64,000 nt of DNA from an uncultured Thermoplasmata archaeon (GTDB lineage Archaea > Thermoplasmatota > Poseidoniia > MGIII > CG-Epi1): positions 730-64,729 of the forward strand of contig CAXHBG010000001.1 in assembly GCA_964015055.1 (NCBI GenBank), in the 5' to 3' direction. The notes beneath the pieces were generated by a model. The model was not told the origin of the DNA, made no database searches, and worked only from the letters and a program-made list of their open reading frames with translations. Position numbers and translations under genes: made by a program. Shown here piece after piece: positions 9,123-17,803 of the stretch. Each line of letters starts with the position of its first letter. Positions within the stretch are counted from its first letter, which is position 1.

Positions 9123-10018
9123 TATTTTCCATCCTCTAAACAAGCGACTAAGAATTGCATTAAATCCATCATTTCATAATCATGGTGATGCCCATCTTCA
9201 GGATTCATTCTTTCTTCGTTAAGCATACACTGCATGTGCATGTAGCATTTTGGACATCCACCTAGCATAAGGTCAATTCCGGCGTCAGTACCTTGATCTA
9301 ATCTTTTTCGACGTACAGCTTTAGTAGCATCATTACAATACATCATCGAAGATACGCCACAGCACAATGCTCTCTCTTTGTTGTTTTCAAGCTCAACCAT
9401 TGTAGCTCCATCGACTAATTGTATCAAATCTCTAGGAGCTTCATACTCTCCCATCATTCTTCCTAGCCGGCAGGGATCATGGTAAGAAACGGTCACATTT
9501 TCAGGAGCTTTGAACTTCAATCCTCTACCCTGTAAAGTTTGTGTAATATGTTCAACTTTTATCCCAAGTATGTTGGGCAAATCGTAGTCTACAGCAAAAG
9601 TACGATAGCATTCAGCACATGAGCACGTTAGAATCTTTATTCCAGATTCTTTTAATCGCCTCATGTTATGTTCCTTTAAAGCATCATAAACTTCCAAATT
9701 ACCTTGCCATAGCTGGTCATGGCCTGAACATTTGAACACATTCATATCCAGAATTAAAGGGTCGATTTCTGCATAATTTAATAATTTAATTGAAGCAGCA
9801 GCAATTGATGCGTGATCAGCGTCTCCTTTGTTCAAGTGTGTAAATTTGACTTCAACATCCATAAAGTCGACACATCCAGGAAAATATCCATATTCATGAT
9901 ATCTTTCAGGCTTCCATTCATTTGATTCTTTGTTCATTGCATCATCTACAATTAGTCTTTCAAAAAGTGGATGAGGAATTGATCTTGCGTATGTTTTTTG
10001 TCTAGGCTTATCGCTCAT
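9122..10018 (-). CDS. CCG-domain Fe-S oxidoreductase (HdrB/HdrD/GlpC-like)
   Basis: YFPGC...CSG...CSCAEC and YHDPC...CCG...CPKC repeats; ATG at 10018 preceded by SD AGGAGGTG. Confidence 0.88.
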   Translation of the reverse strand: MSDKPRQKTYARSIPHPLFERLIVDDAMNKESNEWKPERYHEYGYFPGCVDFMDVEVKFTHLNKGDADHASIAAASIKLLNYAEIDPLILDMNVFKCSGHDQLWQGNLEVYDALKEHNMRRLKESGIKILTCSCAECYRTFAVDYDLPNILGIKVEHITQTLQGRGLKFKAPENVTVSYHDPCRLGRMMGEYEAPRDLIQLVDGATMVELENNKERALCCGVSSMMYCNDATKAVRRKRLDQGTDAGIDLMLGGCPKCYMHMQCMLNEERMNPEDGHHHDYEMMDLMQFLVACLEDGK

Positions 10019-11144
10019 AAGCGACACCTCCTGCAGGAGTGCCTCCAATACTAGGTAAATCTAGTGCGGCACCTTCAGTGGATGCCCCCAATGTAGCTAG
10101 AAGCCTTTGTTCTAGCACATAATCTACGTATTCGATATTTTGTGGACATACTGCAGTACACATTCCACAGGAAATACAGGACCAAAGAGCTACTCCATCG
10201 TGTTTATTTTGGAATGTATTGAATATAATATTTAATTCATGCTCACCTTCCATGTCTCTAACGGGACATATGTCATCACATAATCCACATTGATAGCAAC
10301 GATTTAGTTTGAATTCATAAATACGTTGCATTCTCCTATCTTGGATACCTTTAGTGTAAAGGTCAAATCTTTCTTCATCACTTAGGGGTTTGGCACCTTC
10401 AGATCGTCTTCTATCAAGGAAAAGGTAAGTTAACAGTGCACCTCCGATGGGACCCCACAGCGTAAGTGTGTATAGCAGGTCTGTAGTAACTTCTGGGTAA
10501 TATAGAGCAATATTGGCATTAATTGAAAAAACTGACAGCATGACTACCATTATGATGCCGTATACTCCAATAGCAGCCCTAACTGGGTCTTCAATAGGTC
10601 TTCTTTCATGTCCTCGATTTATTACATCACCGTATTGAGGATCAATGATGGCACCCAATGCCCTATCGATAAATGGAACAGCTACTACTAGCCCAATGAC
10701 AAGACCTTGTACAAGGGTTCCCCATACTTTTGCACTCATTAAAAATAGTTCAAAATCTTCTAGCCCCAAGAAGGGAATCATAGACAGAGGTAATCCAATT
10801 TTTAAATCGGTAGCAACTTTAAGGCATCCAAAAGCCCACAATAAATACCAATCAGGTAGTGGCGGAGGATAAGCAGTACCGGCTGTTGGGTCTGCAGATT
10901 CGTGTAGTGGTGGTGGAATGAATGCCCCTAAGTAAAATAAAATAGATATGACATAGAAAGTATAGATGGCATCTCTTGATAATTCATGAGGGTAAAGAGG
11001 TTCACCCTTGACTAAACCAGCTTCTAGTACAGAGTGATCCTCACGGTTTTCAAGTTTTCTAATAGTATCAAGCTCTTGTTGCTCTTTTATCGATTCGGCT
11101 ATCATTTCAGCAGCATCGTCTTCCAAAATTTGCTCTTCGCCCAT
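10008..11144 (-). CDS. cytochrome b subunit IV (PetD-like) fused to an HdrC-like 2x[4Fe-4S] domain
   Basis: GEPLYP, ADP...PDWY (Qo motif variant), VPFID, RRP, four TM helices, then RCYQCGLCDDICP and WSCISCGMCTAVCP. Confidence 0.88.
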   Translation of the reverse strand: MGEEQILEDDAAEMIAESIKEQQELDTIRKLENREDHSVLEAGLVKGEPLYPHELSRDAIYTFYVISILFYLGAFIPPPLHESADPTAGTAYPPPLPDWYLLWAFGCLKVATDLKIGLPLSMIPFLGLEDFELFLMSAKVWGTLVQGLVIGLVVAVPFIDRALGAIIDPQYGDVINRGHERRPIEDPVRAAIGVYGIIMVVMLSVFSINANIALYYPEVTTDLLYTLTLWGPIGGALLTYLFLDRRRSEGAKPLSDEERFDLYTKGIQDRRMQRIYEFKLNRCYQCGLCDDICPVRDMEGEHELNIIFNTFQNKHDGVALWSCISCGMCTAVCPQNIEYVDYVLEQRLLATLGASTEGAALDLPSIGGTPAGGVAYER

Positions 11145-12100
11145 TAGTGAGGTTCAGCCTCCCCTTGTATCCATACTAAAGCCATGTGAATAATCATTAG
11201 AACAGTACCTACCAAAGGGAGCACAAATATGTGCAACCAGTACATTCTTGTGACAGTATCTCCTGTAACTTGTGTTCCTCCGAATACAATTTGTGCCATC
11301 AAAGGCCCCATTGCAGGAATAGAAGTAGCCATTTCGAGACCTATAGCAGCGGCAGCATAACCAAGGGCATCCCAAGGCAATAAGTAACCGGTGTATCCAA
11401 AGAAAATAGTAACCATCAAAAGTATGACTCCTAAAATCCAATTTACTTCTCTCGGATTTCTATAAGCACCTACAAAATAAACTCTCATCATGTGCAAGAA
11501 TACTGCTGCAACCATGAAGTGAGCTGACCAATGATGAATGGCTCTAATAATGTATCCAAAAGAGACCTGAGTCATGATTAGTTCCATTGATTGATATGAT
11601 CCAGAGGTAGCATTACCATCTTCGTCAAAAACTATTTCACCATCAGGAACATAGTAGAAACCAAGATAAATTCCGGTGATCACTAAAACAATATAGGCGA
11701 AAAAGGAAAGTCCACCTAACGAGTAAAATGGATACCAATACCAAACAGATTTTACATTATATCTTTCAGTATGAGATTGAGGCATTGTTCGTCCACTTGA
11801 AGGTAAAAGTGTGAATACAACTGAATAATATTCTCTTTTGGCCAGAGAAGCATATCTGTGTAAAGCAAATCTTTCATCAAACCAGTTCCATGTCGCCAAT
11901 ATAACTCTAGGTAATGTTCCTGAAACATACAAATAGCCTACAGTTAAAACAGCCATAAGTAATTGTAAAAAGATTAATGGGAATGTATATTTTCTCATCA
12001 ATTCTTCAATAAGAGGAGGGTCACCAGAAGCTGCACTAGCTGGCAGTGTTAAGAACGTAATACTTCCTAAAAGTGTAGCTAAGAATAGTTTTATTTTCAT
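11144..12100 (-). CDS. petB: cytochrome b6-type subunit with N-terminal extension
   Basis: TGIYLGFYYVP, IRAIHHWSAH..LHMMRV, PREVNW, FGYTGYLLPWD, four heme His; ATG at 12100 overlaps the Rieske TGA (ATGA). Confidence 0.92.
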   Translation of the reverse strand: MKIKLFLATLLGSITFLTLPASAASGDPPLIEELMRKYTFPLIFLQLLMAVLTVGYLYVSGTLPRVILATWNWFDERFALHRYASLAKREYYSVVFTLLPSSGRTMPQSHTERYNVKSVWYWYPFYSLGGLSFFAYIVLVITGIYLGFYYVPDGEIVFDEDGNATSGSYQSMELIMTQVSFGYIIRAIHHWSAHFMVAAVFLHMMRVYFVGAYRNPREVNWILGVILLMVTIFFGYTGYLLPWDALGYAAAAIGLEMATSIPAMGPLMAQIVFGGTQVTGDTVTRMYWLHIFVLPLVGTVLMIIHMALVWIQGEAEPH

Positions 12101-12771
12101 CCTTGTCCACAATATTTGAGCCACTCGATTTGAGTCATTAGCCCAATTAAACCTCCATCTTTTTCAGCTATTGGGACTACAGGAAGGCCGTACGGAGCAG
12201 GTCCTTCTAATAATTCAGCAGCCATAACTTCACGTCCTTGTTCATCAACATTTTTAGTAACTGAGAGGGGATCAAAAAGAGATAAATGGCATGGACATAA
12301 AAACATATTTTCATAATCGTTTCCGCTAATGGTACTAGTTCCTTCCGCAGTGAATACGGGTTTGCAGCATAAGTGTGGGCATTTATAAGTATGATATGCC
12401 ATTAGGTAAGCGTTTCCATCGTCGACGCTTATTCCTAAACCCTCCATAGTTGGTTCAGCGGGAACTTTGGCTAGAGCAAGCTGTATTTCACAAGTACCTA
12501 ATTCTTGTTCCATCTCTTTTGGTCCCCAATTCACTATGGCTACATCCCATAGATTGAAATCCTCTTTTTTAGCAATATTGCCAGCCATATTTTCATACCA
12601 TTTTCCGCTCTCAGATTTATAAGTTAAGGTCTCGTGTGCATCATCCTCATTACACCTTGTTACGGGTGGAGGAAGTAATGTCTTAAGTGCAGGAACAGTT
12701 AAAGCAGCAGTCATTCCAGCGCCGGCTAATCCAATTGCACCTTGCAGAAATCCTCTTCTTGTTATTTTCAC
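12097..12771 (-). CDS. petC: Rieske [2Fe-2S] protein with Tat anchor
   Basis: TRRGFL twin-arginine motif; boxes CPHLCC and CPCHLS; GPAP..L. Confidence 0.92.
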   Translation of the reverse strand: MKITRRGFLQGAIGLAGAGMTAALTVPALKTLLPPPVTRCNEDDAHETLTYKSESGKWYENMAGNIAKKEDFNLWDVAIVNWGPKEMEQELGTCEIQLALAKVPAEPTMEGLGISVDDGNAYLMAYHTYKCPHLCCKPVFTAEGTSTISGNDYENMFLCPCHLSLFDPLSVTKNVDEQGREVMAAELLEGPAPYGLPVVPIAEKDGGLIGLMTQIEWLKYCGQG

Positions 12772-12773
12772 TA

Positions 12774-13139
12774 TTACCTTTCAAGTTTTGTAATAACCTT
12801 ACTCCTCCTTTTCTTCAATTCTAAAACATCGGGCAAGAATGATCTTCTGTAGAAATCGAGCATCAGCCCCAGTATCATAAATGCCATAGCCAAGGTAAAT
12901 GACAAAAATTGTTGATCCCATCCTTGTATGATTCCGTAAATAAATAACGAGTCATACATTATTTCAAGGACTAGCAAAATTAGGACAATTGCAAAGATTT
13001 CTCCTTGCTCTTTTCCTGGAGTTTCTCTAACAACCTTACCTAAATCTTCATCTTTGTATGTACCTAATAGCTTTTGCGCATCTTCAGGTGTAATGTCACC
13101 TCTTGCAATCTTCTCAAGTAATTCGTTAACCTCGGTAAT
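12774..13139 (-). CDS. small membrane protein (about 121 aa), probable ATT start
   Basis: Frame is open 54 codons upstream of the tracked TTG and gives TEVNELLEKIARGDITPEDAQKLL; SD GAGGAGGT 7 nt before ATT at 13139; two TM helices. Confidence 0.65.
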   Translation of the reverse strand: MTEVNELLEKIARGDITPEDAQKLLGTYKDEDLGKVVRETPGKEQGEIFAIVLILLVLEIMYDSLFIYGIIQGWDQQFLSFTLAMAFMILGLMLDFYRRSFLPDVLELKKRRSKVITKLER

Positions 13140-13821
13140 GGGAACTACCTCCTCGTATTACTATGTATGCAAATAAAACCATCACAAATACAACAGCCAT
13201 TGATATCAGAGCAATCCAGTACTGCATTAGGCTTACGCCTAGTTCATGTATTGAAACTTCCTCAGATACTATTTGTGGAGTACCTATGGAGACAGCAGAG
13301 ATGTAGCCCCATTGATCTCCATTTGTTCCTACCCCATTTACTACATTGTAATAAATTGTGAATAGAGCATCTCCAGCACCTTCGCTAGGAGATGTCCATT
13401 GGAACGTCCAATTGCGTTGTGCGTTACTATCAGCATTGTGTGAAATGTATTTTCCGCCTTCACCGATCCAATAAAGCGCATCAGTCTGAAATGCGCCCTC
13501 GCTAACCTCAGCTAGGAACCCACCATATCGAATAGCATCAGGTTCAGAAATTACAGTTGTATCATTGATTACAAGTGAAATATTGTATGTTGAATCAGGA
13601 ATATACTTTGAAGGTATGCCCTCGAGCATGTACATACCTTCGTCAAGTTGTTCATCCATGTGACAAGAGCAACCGTTGGCTATACTGTCTTTTGCCCAGT
13701 CCTCCCCAGCTCCTTGCTGAGCACCTCCTGCAGGGTAACCATTGACACTCATACCGACTGACATGACGGTTATCAATAAGATTGCTAATAGTGCGTAAGT
13801 TCCTTTTTGATTTATAGCCAA
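13126..13821 (-). CDS. exported, membrane-anchored Reeler/choice-of-anchor-V-like protein with CxCH motif
   Basis: Signal sequence, GYPAG, NGCSCH, GGF, WTFQWTSP...G.G, NGDQW, C-terminal TM; TTG start with SD AGGGAG. Confidence 0.7.
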   Translation of the reverse strand: MAINQKGTYALLAILLITVMSVGMSVNGYPAGGAQQGAGEDWAKDSIANGCSCHMDEQLDEGMYMLEGIPSKYIPDSTYNISLVINDTTVISEPDAIRYGGFLAEVSEGAFQTDALYWIGEGGKYISHNADSNAQRNWTFQWTSPSEGAGDALFTIYYNVVNGVGTNGDQWGYISAVSIGTPQIVSEEVSIHELGVSLMQYWIALISMAVVFVMVLFAYIVIRGGSSHYRG

Positions 13822-13939
13822 ATTTAGCTCCCTTTAAGGTGACAATAATATCGAAGTGAGCGCTATATAAAAATATAGTATATTTTAGGCACTTTTTGTA
13901 CAAGGCTATAGTATTATTAAATAACTGTTTTGATAGTTC

Positions 13940-15526
13940 ATGAAGGGTAGTAAATTAAGTGAAAAAACAGGCTTAATTTTACTAGGTCTTCTGACGTTTA
14001 CATTTCGCTATCCTATCACAGAGACACCTACAGGTTCAGATAATTTTTACTATATCTCAGCAGTCAAAGCTATATTGATTCACGGAGAAATATTTTGGGC
14101 TGAGAATATACTTTCAATATATGGTTTATTTCCTGGGACAGCTCCATTAGGAAGTCTAATACTAGCTAGCACAATTACTGAAATTACGGGGTTATCAGTT
14201 CATAATTATCATTTGATACATAGTATTTTCTTATCATTATTATCTACTTTTGGATTCTTTCTTCTCTCAGGTGAATTCACTACAAACTACAAGAGCCGTT
14301 GGTTTTCATCTTTAGCATTTTCACTTGCTCCTAGGTTTCTAACTTTTACTTTGTGGAGATTTTCATTACGTTTTTCTTTAATTGCATTACTTCCTTTTTT
14401 TATGTGGGCTATTCTCAGAATAATGAATAAAAAATATGGACGTAATCCTAAAAAATTACTGATTTTATTATTAATCTTCACTCTACTTCTTCCTTCATTA
14501 CATAGAATGGGATTACTTTTACCAGGTTTTTTTATATCATTTTTCGTATCTTTTTTATTGTGGCAATGGCAAGAAAACGCATTGAACAGAGAGCGTGCAG
14601 GGAGGCAAGTTTTTACATTTATATTATTTTTAGCTACATATCTGTTTTACCTTCAATACTTAGATTTTTCACCCTATTCTCCTGATGATGAGATGATTGG
14701 AGTTTATTATCTAAGAGAGGGGACAATTTTATCAAATATAGTCAACCTTGGTTTTTACTATCTGATAAACGTGGGGCCAATCATGTTTTTATCATTAATA
14801 GGAATAATTTTTTGGATTCAAGAAGGAAGAGTGCCATTTAGCTACATGTTTTCATTTACATTATTGGCATTATTCTTGTTTTCGATATCAGATTTAATTT
14901 ACATCCCATATCTATTCACTTTTTTCATAATAGTATTTGTGGCTCCTGGAGTAGATTTTTTCTTAGATAATCTTCAGAATTACAAAGCAAGGCTAGGTGC
15001 ATTTCTTTCAATATTATTGATGTTAACAATATCATTTTCTAGCTTAGATGTGTCATACAGAGTAGATGCTCATGAGAGAGAAGAATTTTACTACTCGTAT
15101 AACATTAGCGAGAGTAGCATTTCTACAGGCCTTTGGATCAATGAAAACTTTTATTCAGAAATTATTGAGTCCAACGATCAAAAAAAACCTAGAAGAGTAG
15201 TAGCCTACTCAAATTCAATAAATTTGGCTGATGCATCAGAATTATCTTCAAATCTGATAGATTTATCCGGAATGGAATTAAAGCGCTATCCAATTTTTGA
15301 TTTATACTGGTACGCAGAAGATCATTTATGGAAATGGGAAAATGTTTTAAATCAGACTAATTTCGATGTAAATTTATCGCTAGTTAATCTAGGAATGTCT
15401 AACTTTAGCGGTAAATCATCAACATCTTCCATTACCGTTGACAGTTACTACAAGAGTATGCCAGATTATAATTTTAAGTTGTATTATGATGAAGAGTTAG
15501 CATTGTATTGGACAAACAATTATTAA
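13940..15526 (+). CDS. polytopic membrane protein, putative GT-C-fold glycosyltransferase
   Basis: First TM followed by GSDNFYY loop, about 11-13 TM segments, soluble C-terminal domain. Confidence 0.55.
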   Translation: MKGSKLSEKTGLILLGLLTFTFRYPITETPTGSDNFYYISAVKAILIHGEIFWAENILSIYGLFPGTAPLGSLILASTITEITGLSVHNYHLIHSIFLSLLSTFGFFLLSGEFTTNYKSRWFSSLAFSLAPRFLTFTLWRFSLRFSLIALLPFFMWAILRIMNKKYGRNPKKLLILLLIFTLLLPSLHRMGLLLPGFFISFFVSFLLWQWQENALNRERAGRQVFTFILFLATYLFYLQYLDFSPYSPDDEMIGVYYLREGTILSNIVNLGFYYLINVGPIMFLSLIGIIFWIQEGRVPFSYMFSFTLLALFLFSISDLIYIPYLFTFFIIVFVAPGVDFFLDNLQNYKARLGAFLSILLMLTISFSSLDVSYRVDAHEREEFYYSYNISESSISTGLWINENFYSEIIESNDQKKPRRVVAYSNSINLADASELSSNLIDLSGMELKRYPIFDLYWYAEDHLWKWENVLNQTNFDVNLSLVNLGMSNFSGKSSTSSITVDSYYKSMPDYNFKLYYDEELALYWTNNY

Positions 15527-15588
15527 ATATGCTAATGTTTTTATACAGGCCCGACTGGCACACTTTCCTTATTAGGAGTTAAAACAAA

Positions 15589-16041
15589 ATGGCACGAATG
15601 CATGCAAGACGTAAAGGTCGCTCAGGCTCTAGTCCACAGACTAGAAAAGAAAATCCTAAATGGTCACCAAAAGCTAAAGATGTTGAAAAATTAATTATTG
15701 AGTTATCCTCAGAGGGCAAATCTTCATCAGAAATAGGAATCATTTTGAGAGACATGCACGGAGTTCCAAGCGTAAAGTTAGCAACAGGTAAATCCATAAC
15801 TTCTATTTTGTCAGACGGCGGAGTAGCATTATCTCTCCCTGAAGATTTAACCAATCTTATGAGAAAAGCAGTCCGTCTAGGAGAGCACTTAAAGATACAT
15901 AAAAAAGATATCCACAATACACGTTCACTAAGGTTAACTGAAGCAAAAATTCTTCGATTAGTTAAGTACTATCGCTCAAATAAAGTATTATCAGAAGATT
16001 GGAAATATTCATTATCTGATGCTAAGCTTTTAGTAGGATAA
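15589..16041 (+). CDS. rps15: 30S ribosomal protein uS15 (S15P/S13e)
   Basis: MARMHARRKGRSGS, IGIILRD.HG, LPEDL, HKKD, KI.RLVKYY. Confidence 0.97.
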   Translation: MARMHARRKGRSGSSPQTRKENPKWSPKAKDVEKLIIELSSEGKSSSEIGIILRDMHGVPSVKLATGKSITSILSDGGVALSLPEDLTNLMRKAVRLGEHLKIHKKDIHNTRSLRLTEAKILRLVKYYRSNKVLSEDWKYSLSDAKLLVG

Positions 16042-16054
16042 TTACAAACTTCAG

Positions 16055-16798
16055 ATGGCAGATTGGTGTCTATTAGTAATAGATAACAAATCTCACTTAG
16101 TAAATCTTGATACCAAAATAATCGATATTAAAAATTTTGGCAATTTCCCTACTGAGTTTCTAAAAAATCAAAAAAAAGGCGTTGAGTTTGACTTATTCGG
16201 TAAAAAAGGTAAATTACTCCTACACAATTTATCAGATATTCAAAAAAATTTAATCAGAGGTCCTCAAATAATATCTCCTAAAGATATAGCTTGGCTTGTT
16301 TACAGTTCTGATGTCAAATCAAATGATATAATTATCGAGGCAGGAGGTGGGTCGGGAGCACTTACTACAGCTTTAGCACAATCGGTATTTCCAGAAGGCA
16401 AAGTCGTTACTTTTGAAAAGAATAAAAAACACCTTGAAATAGTAAAAAAGAATCTCGAACTAAGCCAATTTTCAGATCAAGTTGAACTGAGATACGAAGA
16501 GTTAAATGATCAAACTGAAATTATCACTTGTAATTCAATAATTTTGGATTTACCCGATCCACAAGAATTAGTTAAATGGGCAGAAAAGTCATTGGTGTTA
16601 GGAGGTAAGTTGTTGTGTTATGTGCCTACAATGAATCAAGTAGAAAGATTGCTAGGTTCACTCAATGGTTGGAGTGAAATAGAAATCAATGAAATGATGC
16701 ACAGAACTTGGCAATCAAGGCTTGAGGCCATACGACCTAACACGAATATTTTAGGGCATACTGGATTTATCGTTTCTGCCAGATTGCTGAATAAGTAG
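16055..16798 (+). CDS. trmI: tRNA (adenine-N1)-methyltransferase
   Basis: RGPQIISPKD, IIEAGGGSGALT, LDLP, YVPT.NQV, GHTGFI. Confidence 0.9.
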   Translation: MADWCLLVIDNKSHLVNLDTKIIDIKNFGNFPTEFLKNQKKGVEFDLFGKKGKLLLHNLSDIQKNLIRGPQIISPKDIAWLVYSSDVKSNDIIIEAGGGSGALTTALAQSVFPEGKVVTFEKNKKHLEIVKKNLELSQFSDQVELRYEELNDQTEIITCNSIILDLPDPQELVKWAEKSLVLGGKLLCYVPTMNQVERLLGSLNGWSEIEINEMMHRTWQSRLEAIRPNTNILGHTGFIVSARLLNK

Positions 16799-16824
16799 AT
16801 ATCTATTTTAGTAGTCGCCTTCAT

Positions 16825-17757
16825 ATGCTTCTGATGTCATCTATCGAGGAAGTAATAATCATAGGCTCAGGTCCAGCAGGCTATACGGCAGGCTTGTATT
16901 CAGGAAGAGCAATGCTCAAACCTAAATTATTCGCAGGCTTTGCAAGTGGCGGACAATTAATGCTGACTAGTGATGTAGAAAATTTCCCAGGATACCCTGA
17001 AGGAATAGGTGGTCCTGAAATGATGATGGAGTTGAGAGCTCAAGCTGCAAGATTTGGTTGCGATATTATCGATAAAAATGTAGATTCGATTGATATTAGC
17101 TCGCATCCGTTTAAGGTTAATGTAGGTAAAGATAAATTTTTAACTAAATCAATCATTATTACAACTGGAGCAGAAGCAATATGGTTAGATGCAGGTAATG
17201 AAGAAAAACACAAAGGACAAGGAATTTCTACCTGTGCCACATGCGATGGTGCTTTTTTCAGAGACAAGGAAGTAATAGTGGTTGGAGGTGGAGACTCTGC
17301 CATGGAAGAAGCTACTTTCCTTACTCGATTCTGCAGTAAAGTCACAATCGTTAACCGAAGAGAAGAGCTCAGGGCCTCACAAATAATGGCAGATAGAGCT
17401 CGAGATAATGATAAGATTGGATGGAAATTAAATCGAGTTGTAAAGGAGTGGGTAGGAGAGCAAGGGAATTTTGAAGGTGTAGTTCTTGTAGACACGATAT
17501 CAGGCAGAGAAGAACTATTCAAATGTGACGGTGCATTCATTGCTATAGGGCACAAGCCTATGACAAACTTTTTAGGAGATCAGATTGAGTTAGATGGTAA
17601 CGGTTACATAGTTCATAAAGAAAATACTATGACAAATGTTTCGGGAGTATTCGCAGCAGGAGATGTGGTTGATACGCGTTATCGTCAAGCCATCACTGCA
17701 GCAGGTATGGGATGTATGGCTGCAATTGATGCTGAAAAATGGCTTGAAGAAAATTAA
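16825..17757 (+). CDS. trxB: thioredoxin reductase
   Basis: GSGPAG, GGQL, CATCDG, VGGGDSA, FAAGD..D..YRQA. Confidence 0.96.
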   Translation: MLLMSSIEEVIIIGSGPAGYTAGLYSGRAMLKPKLFAGFASGGQLMLTSDVENFPGYPEGIGGPEMMMELRAQAARFGCDIIDKNVDSIDISSHPFKVNVGKDKFLTKSIIITTGAEAIWLDAGNEEKHKGQGISTCATCDGAFFRDKEVIVVGGGDSAMEEATFLTRFCSKVTIVNRREELRASQIMADRARDNDKIGWKLNRVVKEWVGEQGNFEGVVLVDTISGREELFKCDGAFIAIGHKPMTNFLGDQIELDGNGYIVHKENTMTNVSGVFAAGDVVDTRYRQAITAAGMGCMAAIDAEKWLEEN

Positions 17758-17803
17758 ATCAAATTAACAATCATTTTTTAGAACCCCCTATAAATGGCTA
17801 AAT

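Noticed and set aside
9122..11144. Hdr-like genes as evidence of methanogenesis
   Set aside because: No mcr, hdrA or methyltransferase genes in the window, and CCG/HdrC domains are widespread in non-methanogens.
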